Shown piece by piece: positions 1 to 11,400 of a stretch of 64,000 nucleotides of DNA. The DNA is from Candidatus Krumholzibacteriia bacterium (GTDB lineage Bacteria; Krumholzibacteriota; Krumholzibacteriia; Krumholzibacteriales; Krumholzibacteriaceae). The position numbers were made by a program, and so were the translations under genes. Within the stretch, counting starts at the first letter, position 1, and each line of letters starts with the position of its first letter. A model generated the notes under the pieces. The model ran no database searches, was not told where the DNA came from, and saw only the letters and a program-made list of their open reading frames with translations. The stretch covers positions 320,001-384,000 of the forward strand of contig CAWIIQ010000001.1 in the NCBI GenBank assembly GCA_963836185.1. The letters run 5' to 3'.

Positions 1-2
1 TC

Positions 3-2996
3 GTCAATGTAATGGACGCTGCCCTCAATGTCATCGTGCCGATAACGATCGACATCTCATTCAGCGACGACATTCCGCCGGTATTGACCGGCGCAGAGCC
101 ACTGTCGGTTCAGACCGTTCGGCTGGAGTTCAGTGAGGTCCTGCACCCGGAATCAGCCGCCGATGCCGGCAACTACAGGGTCTGCCTCGCCGGGTCCGCT
201 TCCATGGCCGTTCCAGTCATCACAGCGGAAAGGTCAGAAGACGGGAGCATAGTGATCCTTCGACTTGGCGGGTCACTCGAGCCTGGCAGAACATACAGGG
301 TTGATGTGATCGGCATATTCGACATGTACGGCAACGTGCTATCCATAACGCAAATGGCAGAGTTTTTTATGGATGATGACGAACTGCCCTATGTTACGGA
401 TGTGTCCGTAGTGCACATGCTCGAGATTCTTGTAACCTTCAACGAGGCACTTGCAACGGTAGGAGCGGAGGACGCCGCGAGCTACACATTATTTATTGCC
501 GGTGACACCGCGAATGCCCTCGATGTCGAAGAGGCCCGTATCAGAGGCGATCTGAGGGCCGTATCGCTAAAGCCGATGCAGCTTATGATTCCCGGGACCG
601 CCTATCTGCTGCGCGTCTCGGGTGTGAGCGATCTGTCGGGTAACCAGACTGACCCGGATACACTTTACGAATTCCTGGCTGCGGACGACGCGCCGCCGGA
701 GCTTGCCGGTCTTGTGACATCGGGTGACAGTGTGGTCACCCTGACATTCTCGGAACCCCTCGAACCTGCCTCCGTGGCGGGACCGGGCAACATCACGATA
801 ACGGACTCCAGGGATCATCTGGTGACGCTGGCGATAGATTCGATCGGACAAGCAGGTGAGGGAAAGGTAGTCACTCTCGTGCTGGTCGATCACGCGGTGG
901 TGGGCCTGCCTTACATCCTTGGCATCGCCGGCATCATGGATCTCGCCGGGAATCCGATAGTTCCTGTGCAGGAGGAGTTTTCCTTCATCGGGGGAACCGA
1001 CGACCCCCCGCGCGCAGTCTTTGCCGAGGCCACGGGGAACAACGATGTGATAGTGCATTTCGACAAGCAGCTGGAAAGGGCGTCAGCTGAAATCGATTCG
1101 AACTACTATCTCTACCAGGCAGTGGACCCCATGACCAGAAGGCGCGTCGATGATTCGCGGCTTCTCGCCGACGGATCCTCAGTGCAGCTCACACTGGAGA
1201 AGGGACTGCTCGATAACATATATTTCACCATTGTCATCAGCGACGTTCGGGATATTTACGGTAACAGCATCGAGCCGGGAAGCGAGACAGGGCTATTGTA
1301 TGTCGACCAGTACCTCCCGGAATTCAAGGCGGCCTACTATCGTTCGGACAGGCAGATAAAGTTGATGTTCGACGAGATCGTCGCCCCGACCTCTTCGATT
1401 GTCCCGGACAATTATACCATCTGCCGGATGGACGATCCCGATTCAAGGATCGCCGTGGACAATATCCAGTGCTTTGGCGCGTATGTATTGATCAATACTG
1501 CTGAAGCGCTTTCCTATCGTTCCTGGAGCCCGAGTTCAATACCGGCCGGCATCGATTCACTCGCCGCGGGTGAAGAAAGGGAGATGCTTACGTGTTACCA
1601 GTCCTGGTACACGATCACCGGACGCAATATCGAGGACACGGCCGGCAACGTCATGCAGCCGGAAAGCTCTGTCGATCTGAGATTTCAGGACATTTATCCG
1701 CCTGAACTGCTCTCCATACGTGTCCTCCCGGAGAGGGACATCTACCTGACCTTCGGCGAGGCGCTGGCGAGCTACAGTGCGACCAACCCCGGGCGGTACT
1801 CTGTCGGCCAGGTCGATCACCCTGAGCCGGTGATCGAGGTCGAGTCCGTCGAATATCTCGGCCGGTTCGTCATACTTCGGCTTGCCGGGTCCCTGGCTGC
1901 CGGAGAGTACGAGATGCGGATCACAGGTCTCAATGACTATGCCGGCAATTACCTTCCCGATTCGAGTTGGAGCTTCACGGCGGGAGGCGGCGCTGCAGGC
2001 GCCATGATCGGACTCTATGTGGACGACCAGCGGTCGGAAGGCGCGTTGAATGTCACCGGCCCTTACAAGACCTTCAGCTACTATGTGTGGTGCAGGGGAG
2101 GCGAGAACGGGATGTCGGAGGTCAGGTACGCTATCCGGGATCCTTATCTCTATGACGTGACGGCTGTCACCGTGAATGACGCGGCAGTTGCAGTCGCGAC
2201 AGGATTTCCGATCGATCTCGGAAGCGTTGTAAGCCTGGACGGCTGCCAGGAAGGCTGGGTCTGGACGCACCGCATCGACTGCATCTCCGTCGCAGAGGGA
2301 GAGGAGTTCATCAGCGTGGTTCCGCTCTACGGATCGGGGGAACTTGGGATCACCAACTGCCTCTACGGCGATCCCTCCGAGAGCGCGATTGCCGGAGACA
2401 GCATATATCTCTTTATCGACTCGCCGCTTGCCACACTGCTCGAGCAGTGGGACGCCGGGTACAGGCAGGGAGCGATCGAGCTCACGTGGTCGATTGCCGA
2501 GACGGACGAAGTTCCAGCCTTCAAGGTAATGCGCGGAGCGGAAGGCACGGAAGAATTCGTTGAACTTCCTCCGGACATAATCCGGCGCGACTGGCTTGAC
2601 TTCAAGGTGACGGATACGGGATTCAGGCATGGGGATTCATACCGGTACAGAGTCACAATGAGTGAAGACGGAGGGGATGTGATTCTGTTCGAGACAGGCG
2701 TTATATCGACACCCGAGCTTCCGCTGACCCTGCGCCAGAATGTGCCGAACCCGTTCAATCCGTCGACCACGATCTTCTATCATCTGCCCGAGATGTGCGC
2801 CGTCTCGCTCGATGTCTACGATGTGGCGGGAAGGCATATCGTAAGCCTCGCCAGCGGGACACAGGCAGCAGGGGATCACGCAGTCACATGGAACGGGGCC
2901 GATGGAAAGGGCAGCTCGGTCGGCAGCGGCGTCTATTTCTACGCGCTGCGGGCCGGGAAAGATGAGTTGACCAGGAAGATGATCCTATTGAGGTGA
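3..2996 (+). CDS. Large secreted protein with about 6 tandem SbsA/Big_5-like Ig repeats and C-terminal FlgD-Ig/T9SS-type sorting domain (5' end lies before the window)
   Basis: Frame open from base 3. Repeating ~100-aa unit 'DxxPPxL...VxLxFxExL...AxxxxNY...VxLxL...YxLxVxGIxDxxGN'. C-terminus 'LRQNVPNPFNPSTTI...GSGVYFYALRAG...KMILLR'. Confidence 0.8.
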   Translation, partial: VNVMDAALNVIVPITIDISFSDDIPPVLTGAEPLSVQTVRLEFSEVLHPESAADAGNYRVCLAGSASMAVPVITAERSEDGSIVILRLGGSLEPGRTYRVDVIGIFDMYGNVLSITQMAEFFMDDDELPYVTDVSVVHMLEILVTFNEALATVGAEDAASYTLFIAGDTANALDVEEARIRGDLRAVSLKPMQLMIPGTAYLLRVSGVSDLSGNQTDPDTLYEFLAADDAPPELAGLVTSGDSVVTLTFSEPLEPASVAGPGNITITDSRDHLVTLAIDSIGQAGEGKVVTLVLVDHAVVGLPYILGIAGIMDLAGNPIVPVQEEFSFIGGTDDPPRAVFAEATGNNDVIVHFDKQLERASAEIDSNYYLYQAVDPMTRRRVDDSRLLADGSSVQLTLEKGLLDNIYFTIVISDVRDIYGNSIEPGSETGLLYVDQYLPEFKAAYYRSDRQIKLMFDEIVAPTSSIVPDNYTICRMDDPDSRIAVDNIQCFGAYVLINTAEALSYRSWSPSSIPAGIDSLAAGEEREMLTCYQSWYTITGRNIEDTAGNVMQPESSVDLRFQDIYPPELLSIRVLPERDIYLTFGEALASYSATNPGRYSVGQVDHPEPVIEVESVEYLGRFVILRLAGSLAAGEYEMRITGLNDYAGNYLPDSSWSFTAGGGAAGAMIGLYVDDQRSEGALNVTGPYKTFSYYVWCRGGENGMSEVRYAIRDPYLYDVTAVTVNDAAVAVATGFPIDLGSVVSLDGCQEGWVWTHRIDCISVAEGEEFISVVPLYGSGELGITNCLYGDPSESAIAGDSIYLFIDSPLATLLEQWDAGYRQGAIELTWSIAETDEVPAFKVMRGAEGTEEFVELPPDIIRRDWLDFKVTDTGFRHGDSYRYRVTMSEDGGDVILFETGVISTPELPLTLRQNVPNPFNPSTTIFYHLPEMCAVSLDVYDVAGRHIVSLASGTQAAGDHAVTWNGADGKGSSVGSGVYFYALRAGKDELTRKMILLR

Positions 2997-3058
2997 TCCT
3001 CGGCCGGTTGTTTAGGGTAGAGCTCAATCGAGGTCCAGCCGCATGGTGATTGAGTCTG

Positions 3059-4201
3059 TTATCTGGAGAAAATCGAAAGAAGCACTCCGGCCGCTACGGC
3101 GGAGCCGATGACTCCGGCGACGTTCGGACCCATCGCGTGCATGAGCAGGAAGCTGTCCGGTCTCGATTCGAGCCCCACCTTGTTGACGACGCGGGCCGCC
3201 ATGGGGACGGCCGAAACTCCTGCGGCACCGATCAGGGGATTTATCGGCTCCCTGGAGATCCGGTTCATCAACTTGCCGAGCAGGACTCCCGAAGCCGTTC
3301 CGACGGAAAAGGCGAACAATCCGAGGAACAGTATCCCGATCGTCTCGATATTGAGGAACTTGTCCGCCGCGAGCTTCGTGCCGATCGCGAGGCCGAGGAG
3401 TATTGTTACGATGTTGATCAGCGAACCCTGCATCGTCTTGGACAGGCGGTTGATGACCTTCGATTCCCGGGCCAGGTTGCCGAACATAAGCGATCCGATA
3501 AGCGGTGTCGCTGCCGGAATGAGCAGGATGCAGATCCCAAGGGTGACGAGGGGGAACACGATCTTCTCCCGCTGGCTGACGGGGCGAAGCTGTTTCATCT
3601 CGATCGATCGCTCTTTTTTCGATGTGAGAAGGCGCATGATCGGAGGTTGTATGACCGGGACCAGCGCCATGTATGAATAGGCCGCGACCGCTATCGATCC
3701 GAGAAGATGCGGAGAGAGACGTGATGACAGGAAGATGGCCGTCGGTCCGTCGGCCCCTCCGATGATAGCTATGGAGGCGGCATCCTCCATGCTGAAGTTG
3801 AGGCCGAGGTGCTGGTTCAGCGCGATCGCTCCGAGAAGGGAGGTGAAGATTCCGAACTGCGCGGCTGCTCCGAGGAGGGCCGTCTTCGGATTGGCGAGCA
3901 GAGGGCCGAAATCGGTCATTGCGCCGACCCCCATGAATATGAGCAGGGGGAAGACTCCGGTAGTGATACCGAAGGAATATATCATCCCGAGAAAACCTCC
4001 GGCTTCTGCGATGCCGGCGGCCGGTATGTTCGAAAGGATCCCTCCGAAGCCGATCGGAAGGAGGAGAAGGGGCTCGAATTTTCGGTACATCGCGAGATAG
4101 ATCAGCACGAGGCTGATCAGTATCATCGCAGCCTGGCCCCAGGTGAAGTTCGCAATGCCGGTCGAGGTCCACAGCTGATGAAAAGAGTCCAGGTAGATCA
4201 T
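3059..4201 (-). CDS. oadB: Na+-translocating decarboxylase subunit beta
   Basis: Hallmark motifs [63 protein letters not shown]. Confidence 0.96.
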   Translation of the reverse strand: MIYLDSFHQLWTSTGIANFTWGQAAMILISLVLIYLAMYRKFEPLLLLPIGFGGILSNIPAAGIAEAGGFLGMIYSFGITTGVFPLLIFMGVGAMTDFGPLLANPKTALLGAAAQFGIFTSLLGAIALNQHLGLNFSMEDAASIAIIGGADGPTAIFLSSRLSPHLLGSIAVAAYSYMALVPVIQPPIMRLLTSKKERSIEMKQLRPVSQREKIVFPLVTLGICILLIPAATPLIGSLMFGNLARESKVINRLSKTMQGSLINIVTILLGLAIGTKLAADKFLNIETIGILFLGLFAFSVGTASGVLLGKLMNRISREPINPLIGAAGVSAVPMAARVVNKVGLESRPDSFLLMHAMGPNVAGVIGSAVAAGVLLSIFSR

Positions 4202-4226
4202 GCCGTCGTCCCCTGTCTGTGAACGC

Positions 4227-6062
4227 TCATTCGCTCAACCTCATGATTGTCTGCCCGGTCGCCAGGTGGTCGCCCCGGGATACTTCTATCGACGATACGA
4301 TCCCGTTGGCGGGCGACTTTATCTCGGTCTCCATCTTCATGACCTCGACGATCGCCAGTATCTCTCCGTATATGACGCTGTCGCCCATCTCGACGTTTAT
4401 CTTTATGATGATGCCCGGTATCGGGGAAGGCACCGAGATTGTCCCGGCACTGCTGTGCGATGGCGATTCGGCAGCAGCGGAAGAAGGCTCTGGCATCGAG
4501 CGGCCGGAGGGGCCTGCGCCCGCTCTTCCTGTTTTCCCCGCTCCTTCCTTCACGCCTATCGAGTACGGCTTTCCGTCCACAAGTGCCTTATCGCCATCCA
4601 GTGTGACCGAGTAGTCGTCCCCGTCGACGGTCACGGTGTAGCTGCGGTCCTTCTTCGTTTGGATCTTCCTTATGTTCTCCCGGGCCTCACCTTTCAGGAA
4701 AGCGATGCCCTTTTCCTCGCAGGTCGCCGCGATAAATATGTTTTCGTCCGACACGGGCAGTCCGGCCGCACCGAGCATCTTTTCAGCGGCGGCGACCCCT
4801 TTTTCGGGATCTTCATCGTTGATCAGCCGGGGGCTCCTGGTTGTCGGCTCCAGCCCAAGCTGCTCGACCGCAAGCCGCACGATCTCCGGGTCGGGTGGTA
4901 CCGGTGTTCTGCCGAAATAACCGAGCACCATCTTGCCGTACCCCTCCGCTATCTTCTTCCACGGGCCGAACATCACGTTGTCGAAGGCCTGTTGGAAGTA
5001 AAACTGGGAGACCGGGGTGACGGAGGTGCCGAAGCCGCCCCGGGCCACGACCTCTTCCATCGCGGTGATCACCTCGGGGAATCTGTCGAGCACGTCGTTG
5101 TCCCTCATCATCTGTGTGTTCGCAGTGAAGGCGCCGCCCGGCATCGGCGAAAACGGGATCACCGGCTCGACCCTTCTCGCCTCTGGAGGGAGGAAGTACT
5201 CTTTCATGCAGTCCTTGAAGACCCTCTCGGCCTCGAGCACCTTGTGGATATCGACATCGAGGGTGTAGTCCGAATCCCGCAGCGCCTGCCACATCGCGAC
5301 GACATCGGGCTGGCATGTCCCGCCGGAGACCGGGGCGAGAGAGAGGTCGATCGCGTCTGCGCCTCCCTCGATCGCGGCCAGGTAACAGGCGATGCTAGTT
5401 CCGGCAGTCTCGTGTGTGTGGAACCGCAGGGGCGTCCCCTCGGGGAGAACGGTCCTGGCCTTTCTGACAGTCTCGTATACGTTCCGCGGCGTCGCGGTGC
5501 CGGAGGCGTCCTTGAAACAGAGCGAGTCAAAGGGGATCCCCGCATCGAGGATATCCCTGAGGACCTTCATGTAAAACTCGGGGGTGTGGGCGCCCGTCAA
5601 TCCGGGCGGCAGCCCCATCAGGGATACACATATCTCGTGCCTGAGGCCCTCCTCGACGATGCAGCGGCCGGAGAAATCGAGATTGTCGACATCGTTGAGT
5701 GCATCGAAATTCCTTATTGTCGTGATCCCGTGTTTTTTGAACAGTTTCGCGTGAAGCCTTATGATGTCGCTGCTCTGCGATTCCAGGCCGACCACGTTGA
5801 TACCCCTCGCGAGGGTCTGCAGGTCGGCCCCGGGGCCGGCCGCCTCTCTGAAGGCATCCATCATCTCAAAGGCATCTTCGTTGCAGTAGAAGTAGAGGGA
5901 CTGGAACCGGGCCCCTCCGCCCGCCTCTAGATGAAGAAGCCCTGCGTCGACGGCGGCCTCGACAGCGGGCATGAAATCGGGGGTCAGGACCCTGCCGCCA
6001 TAGACGGACTGGAACCCGTCCCTGAATGCGGTCACCATCAATTCTATACGTTTCTTACCCAT
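4227..6062 (-). CDS. oadA: Oxaloacetate/pyruvate carboxyltransferase subunit alpha with biotinyl domain
   Basis: FRDGFQS, NFDALND, FKDASG, HTHETAG, SPMPGG and VTPVSQ motifs. C-terminal biotin attachment EVMKME. Lies between oadG and oadB. Confidence 0.92.
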   Translation of the reverse strand: MGKKRIELMVTAFRDGFQSVYGGRVLTPDFMPAVEAAVDAGLLHLEAGGGARFQSLYFYCNEDAFEMMDAFREAAGPGADLQTLARGINVVGLESQSSDIIRLHAKLFKKHGITTIRNFDALNDVDNLDFSGRCIVEEGLRHEICVSLMGLPPGLTGAHTPEFYMKVLRDILDAGIPFDSLCFKDASGTATPRNVYETVRKARTVLPEGTPLRFHTHETAGTSIACYLAAIEGGADAIDLSLAPVSGGTCQPDVVAMWQALRDSDYTLDVDIHKVLEAERVFKDCMKEYFLPPEARRVEPVIPFSPMPGGAFTANTQMMRDNDVLDRFPEVITAMEEVVARGGFGTSVTPVSQFYFQQAFDNVMFGPWKKIAEGYGKMVLGYFGRTPVPPDPEIVRLAVEQLGLEPTTRSPRLINDEDPEKGVAAAEKMLGAAGLPVSDENIFIAATCEEKGIAFLKGEARENIRKIQTKKDRSYTVTVDGDDYSVTLDGDKALVDGKPYSIGVKEGAGKTGRAGAGPSGRSMPEPSSAAAESPSHSSAGTISVPSPIPGIIIKINVEMGDSVIYGEILAIVEVMKMETEIKSPANGIVSSIEVSRGDHLATGQTIMRLSE

Positions 6063-6067
6063 TGCTG

Positions 6068-6313
6068 TCAGCCGCCTTCACGGAGATTTCCCTGGGAACG
6101 GTCGATTACTGAGGCCACGATCGCGGCGATAGCGGCCTTGTCTTTTTTTGCGGGAACAGATGCCCGGGCTGCCGGAGGGTTCTCTTCTGGCCCGTTGCCG
6201 ATGAATTTCCGCAGGACGAACGAGGTCGCTTTTATCGTGAGTACAAGCAGGCCGAGGAATAGAAAGACCACGGACATGCCGAGAACCATCAGCATCAGGC
6301 CTTCAGCGAACAT
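6068..6313 (-). CDS. oadG: Decarboxylase subunit gamma (OadG family)
   Basis: MFAEGLMLMVLGMSVVFLFLGLL single TM helix, Pro/Ala linker, AAIAAIVA tail. First gene of the oad operon. Confidence 0.9.
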   Translation of the reverse strand: MFAEGLMLMVLGMSVVFLFLGLLVLTIKATSFVLRKFIGNGPEENPPAARASVPAKKDKAAIAAIVASVIDRSQGNLREGG

Positions 6314-6564
6314 AACCGGTTCCTCGCGGGGCAGTTGACGCCACTGCCATATCGAAAAAGTGAAAATCGGGAGCCGCACCGTTATTCACAGCCCGCGGGC
6401 CGATTCCTGCAGAGACCCGGAAAACATAATAGAACAGCACATCATTATAAAGCGGAATTATGAGCGCTGGAACCATTCCTGATTATGCGGTATAATGCCT
6501 TCGGGTTTTGATGGGTTATTCCGCAAAGATCTTTATAGCAGGCAGCTTCACGAGGAGTTCTATC

Positions 6565-6849
6565 ATGTACGAACAAAAATGCGAGCATCTGGAAGAGGGG
6601 CCGCCCCCCGAGCCCGGCTCTATCGGCTGCGAGGAATGCATGGAGATCAGCCAGGCGTGGGTGCAACTGCGCATATGCAGGTCGTGCGGCCATGTCGGCT
6701 GCTGCGACAGCTCGATCGGTAAGCACGCTACGGCCCATTACCAGGCGACGGGACACCCGGTGATGCAGTCGTTTGAGCCCGGTGATACCTGGGGATGGTG
6801 CTACGTCGAAGAGAAGATGCTGGGGCCTTTACCACCGGCGAGAAAGTAA
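6565..6849 (+). CDS. UBP-type zinc finger (zf-UBP) domain protein
   Basis: CEH...GCEEC...W..LRICRSCGHVGCCDSS..KHATAH...GHPV..SFEPG..WGWCYVE. RBS GAGGAG before ATG 6565. Confidence 0.9.
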   Translation: MYEQKCEHLEEGPPPEPGSIGCEECMEISQAWVQLRICRSCGHVGCCDSSIGKHATAHYQATGHPVMQSFEPGDTWGWCYVEEKMLGPLPPARK

Positions 6850-6871
6850 ACGATCGAGGGCGGAAGGCTGA

Positions 6872-7483
6872 ATGAAACTGACAGGAATAGTACTGGCGGG
6901 AGGGAAGAGCTCGAGGATGGGGCGGGACAAGGCTCTGCTCGAGTGGGGCGGGTTGCGCCTGATCGAGAGGGCGGTATCGATAATCTCAGGCTTGTGCGAC
7001 GACATCCTGATCAGTACGAGCAATCCAGCTCTCGCATATCTCGGATTTCCCCTCGTCAGTGACATACACCGCGGCATCGGGCCGATAGCGGGGCTGTGCG
7101 CTGCGCTCAGATACTCACGGGCTGCGCACCATATCGTGATCCCCTGCGATACGCCACTGGTCACCGTCGATGTCTTCGAGAGGCTCTTCGCTGTTGCCAG
7201 CGCGGCGCATCCTCCTGCGTGTGTCGCGGGAACAGAAGACGGTTTCATCGAACCTCTCATAGGCTGCTACCACAGATCGGCACTGCCGCTCCTCGAAGAA
7301 CAGATTCAAAGACACGATTTCAAACTTCATAATGCGCTCACCCGGATGGGCGCCAATGTTGAGATATTTCCCGACAGGCGGATCTTCCGGAACATCAATA
7401 CGAAAAAGGATCTCCATGAGGTCTCACTATCCGGTAATGCAGTGAGGAGCATTCATGTCACTATCCCGATCCAGGCAGGCTGA
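6872..7483 (+). CDS. mobA: Molybdenum cofactor guanylyltransferase
   Basis: GIVLAGGKSSRMGRDKALL, GPIAGL, PCDTP, EPLIGCY, FRNINT. Confidence 0.92.
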   Translation: MKLTGIVLAGGKSSRMGRDKALLEWGGLRLIERAVSIISGLCDDILISTSNPALAYLGFPLVSDIHRGIGPIAGLCAALRYSRAAHHIVIPCDTPLVTVDVFERLFAVASAAHPPACVAGTEDGFIEPLIGCYHRSALPLLEEQIQRHDFKLHNALTRMGANVEIFPDRRIFRNINTKKDLHEVSLSGNAVRSIHVTIPIQAG

Positions 7484-8453
7484 GAAGACAACAGCGGGGG
7501 CCGGGACGGCATCAACCTGGTCGTTTGCCGGTGACGTCGGGCGGGGGCTCGGCGACTGCCCGAAGCATCTCGACTGCAGGTATTTTTATGACTACGAGGG
7601 ATCGCTTCTCTTCGAGGAGATATGCGGGCTGCCAGAGTATTACCAGACAAGGACCGAGAGCAGGATCCTGGAAAGGAATGCCGGGGAGATTGTCGGCGGC
7701 CTGCCTGAGGATGTCGTTCTGGTCGAACTTGGAAGTGGCAGTTCGTCCAAGACGACGATCATCATCGAGGCTCTTTTGGGAAAGTACGGCTCTGCCTCCT
7801 ATACCCCGATAGATATCTCCCGCGCAATGCTTGAGGAATCAGCGGCTCAGCTGCGGGCAAAATACGATGGGCTCGAGATAGTCTCGATCGCCGCCGAATA
7901 CAGGGAGGGCCTCGCGCGGTTGAGGGAATTCGATAAACGCCCCGAGCTGATACTCTGGCTCGGATCGAGCATCGGCAATTTCGAACGTACAGGAGCCGTT
8001 GCGTTTCTAAAGGGTATCACCACGGGCCTGACGGAGCACGACCGGCTCCTGATAGGATTCGACCTGGTCAAGGATCTCGATGTGCTGAAAAAAGCATACA
8101 ACGACTCGCGCGGAGTCACCGCGGCGTTCGATCTCAACCTCCTCGCGAGGATAAACCGCGAGCTCGGAGGTGGATTCGATATCGATTCGTTCGAGCACAT
8201 CGCCGAGTACAATACGGATAAGGACAGGATCGAGATGTACCTGTGCAGCACAAAGGATCAGGATGTGCGTATCGAGAGCCTCGGCCGCACCTTCCATTTC
8301 GAAAAAGGTGAGAGGATCCACACGGAGAACTCGCACAAGTACACTCACGAGGCTATAAAAGAGATCTCCGGCGAAGTCGGCCTCGATATTATACGGCAGT
8401 GGAATGATTCCAGGGACTGGTTCAACCTGACCTTGTTCTCACTGGTACGATAA
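7455..8453 (+). CDS. egtD: L-histidine N(alpha)-methyltransferase (methyltransferase 33 family)
   Basis: YFYD.EGS.LFEEIC.LPEYY.TRTE, VELGSGSS.KT, WLGSSIGNF, GFDLVKD, AYNDSRGVTAAF.LNLL, IHTENSHKYT. Confidence 0.93.
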   Translation: MSLSRSRQAEKTTAGAGTASTWSFAGDVGRGLGDCPKHLDCRYFYDYEGSLLFEEICGLPEYYQTRTESRILERNAGEIVGGLPEDVVLVELGSGSSSKTTIIIEALLGKYGSASYTPIDISRAMLEESAAQLRAKYDGLEIVSIAAEYREGLARLREFDKRPELILWLGSSIGNFERTGAVAFLKGITTGLTEHDRLLIGFDLVKDLDVLKKAYNDSRGVTAAFDLNLLARINRELGGGFDIDSFEHIAEYNTDKDRIEMYLCSTKDQDVRIESLGRTFHFEKGERIHTENSHKYTHEAIKEISGEVGLDIIRQWNDSRDWFNLTLFSLVR

Positions 8454-8456
8454 TTC

Positions 8457-11400
8457 ATGGCGAAGAAGAACGGGCATACGGAGAAACGGGCGATGTGCGG
8501 GATCTGCAGCGCCGGCTGCTGGATCGTCGCAACGCTCGATGCAGAGGGCAGGCTTGTCTCGGTCAGGCCCGACGAGGGTACGCCGATGGGGATTATCTGC
8601 CGGCTCGGCGAGCATTCTGCCGAGATCGTCTACTCGAAGGACCGGCTCCTCTACCCGATGAAGCGCAAGGGGCCGAAAGGGACGTACGATTTCGAGCGGA
8701 TATCATGGGACGAGGCATACGAGACGATCACCGAGCGCCTTCAGGCCATTAAGAACGAGCATGGCGCGGAAGCGACGGCGATATACACAGGCGTTGGTTC
8801 GTTCGAGCTTTCGATGTGCGACGTATATCAGCCCAAAGGTGTCGCGATTTCATCGGCGAGCAGCGTCCTCTTCCCGTTCGGTTCCCCAAACACGATGGGA
8901 GTCGGCGCACTCTGCTATGTGGCCTACGGGATGATCGCGCCCCACGTGACGATGGGGCGGATGTTCATGAACACATTCTCCGACATCGAGAGCTCCGAGC
9001 TGATCGTCGTCTGGGGAACGAATCCTGCGACCGACCTTCCGCCGATAGACATGCAGCGGATCATGCAGGCGCGCGAGAAGGGCGCGGAGGTCGTAGTGAT
9101 CGACCCTCGCAGAACGGCGACGGTGAAGATGACAGGCGGCGAGTGGGTTCCGATCCGGCCAGGCACCGACGGCGCACTGGCGCTCGGCATGATAAACGTG
9201 CTTATGCGAAGAGGAACTCTACGATGAGGATTTCGTCCGCGACTGGACGGTCGGCTTCGACAGCCTCGCGAAATACACACAGCACTACCGCCCCGAGGTG
9301 GTCGAGCATATCACCGGCATCCCCGCGGAGACAGTTGTCTCACTGGCACACAGGATCGCCGCTGCGAAGGGCGTCTCACAGCTGATGTACACCGGCCTCG
9401 AGTACGCCAACAGCGGCGTCCAGAACATACGCGCGACGCTGATCCTCTGGGCCCTCGCCGGACAGCTCGATGTTCCCGGCGGGCTCTGCTTCACGATGGA
9501 CTCGAACCACTTCCCGATAAACCGAGAAGGGTTGATAGAGAATCCCGATGTCGGCCCCAGGCTCGGGCGCGACAAGTTCCCTGTCTACATCAAGTACCGC
9601 GATGAGGCGCACGCGATCGCCCTCCCGGAGTCGGTGCTGGGCGGCAATCCGTACAAGATAAGGTCACTGATAATCCTCGGAAGCTCGATTACGACCTCAT
9701 GGCCGAACTCGGCTATATGGAAGAAGACGCTGAACAATCTCGATTTCCTCGTCACGATAGACAGGCAGCTGACCGCCGACTCGGCCTACGCCGATATCGT
9801 TCTTCCGGCGACGACGTACTACGAGAATATCTCGTACATGACATACAGCGGGACCTTCCGCATTCGTGACAGGGTCATCGAGCCACTCGGTGAGGCGCGC
9901 AGCGACTTCTTCATCATCTCCGAACTGGCCAAAAGACTCGGGTACGGGCATCTATACCCGCAGACTGAGGACGAGATGCTGAACTACGTCCTGAAGGGCT
10001 CGCCCTTCACCCTCGAAGATGTGAGGGAGGCCGGCGGCACAGTGTCGATCAAGACGAAGATGATGGAATACAGGAAGTGGGAGAAGGGACTGCTGCGCAG
10101 CGATGGGAAGCCGGGATTCGAAACCCCTTCGGGTAAATTCGAGATCGCGTCCTCGGTCCTGGAGGAGTACGGGTACGAGCCGCTTCCAAAGTACACCGAG
10201 CCGAAGGAAGGACCGATTGCCCAGCCTGAACTCCTGAAAGATTATCCACTGGTATTCAATTCTGGCGGCCGCGTTCGCACGAGTTTCCACACTCAGCACC
10301 ACGGGATAGAGGGCCTGAACAAAGAACGCCCCGAGCCGACCGTTATGCTGAATGACGAGGATGCCGGGGACAGAGGGATAGAAAATGGCGACAGGGTGAT
10401 CATAAGGACTCAGCGTGGCGAAGTCACAATGCGCGCGATCGTAACCGACGGGATCGTGAAAGGGGCGATCGACGCGAACCACGCCTGCGGCAGCCCAGTC
10501 GGCCCCGAGGCATGGCGCGATGCGAACATCAACGACCTGACCGACCTCGACAACTACGATCCGATATCGGGGTTCCCTGTCTACAAGTCGCTCCTCTGTC
10601 AGGTGCTGAGGGAAAAGGACGCCGGCGAACGCCTGGTCCTCGGCACAGGCGAGATGGAAGGAGACGAGATAGCAGTCACGGACAACACCCCGCAAGAGAC
10701 GATATACCTCGACAACAATGCCACTACAGCACTCGCTCCCGATGTCATCGAGTACATGCAGGAAGTGATGACCACGTACGGTAATCCCTCGAGCATCCAC
10801 CGCGAGGGAAAGAAATCGAGAAAGATCATCGATGAGGCCCGCCGCCGTGTGGCAAGGCAGATCGGCTGCACGGCAAAGCGGATCGTATTCACAGGCTCCG
10901 GCTCCGAAGCGAACAACCTCGCGATCAAGGGTATCGCATTCGCCAGCCGTGATGAAAAGAATCACATCATCACATCATCCATAGAACATCCCGCTGTGCT
11001 GAATACATGCAGATGGCTCGAAGGCTACGGATTCGAGGTGACATATCTCGATGTCGATGAAACAGGAATGATCAGACCGGAAGATCTCAAGGAAGCGATT
11101 ACGGACAAGACCTGTCTCGTATCGATAATGCTGGCTAACAACGAAACGGGCACGATCCAGCCGTTAAAGGAGCTCGCGCAGATAGCGCATTCAGGAAGCG
11201 CCATCTTCCATACTGACGCGGTCCAGGCGATAGGCAAGATACCCGTCGATGTCGATGAACTTGGAGTGGATCTGCTCACCATCTCCGCCCACAAGCTCCA
11301 CGGTCCGAAGGGAGTCGGTGCGCTCTATATCCGTAAAGGCATAGAACTCGAGAACCTGATCCACGGTGGAGGGCAGGAGGGAGGCATCCGTTCAGGCACC

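Noticed and set aside
4200-5930. Long antisense or alternative-frame ORFs (e.g. 4200-5930, 38036-39691, 9952-10965, 5' half of 51676-53607)
   Set aside because: Shadows of GC-rich real genes with no recognisable motifs.
6068-6085. OadG ending in Gly-Gly as a ubiquitin-like partner of the zf-UBP protein
   Set aside because: The GG codons coincide with the RBS region of oadA, and OadG has no beta-grasp fold.
6850-6871. Moco/Wco riboswitch upstream of mobA
   Set aside because: The intergenic gap is only 22 bp, and no such structure is recognisable upstream of the zf-UBP gene.
9195-9230. Programmed frameshift or Sec readthrough at TGA 9225 in MES
   Set aside because: The continuation is in another frame, there is no slippery site, and the window is full of similar indels.
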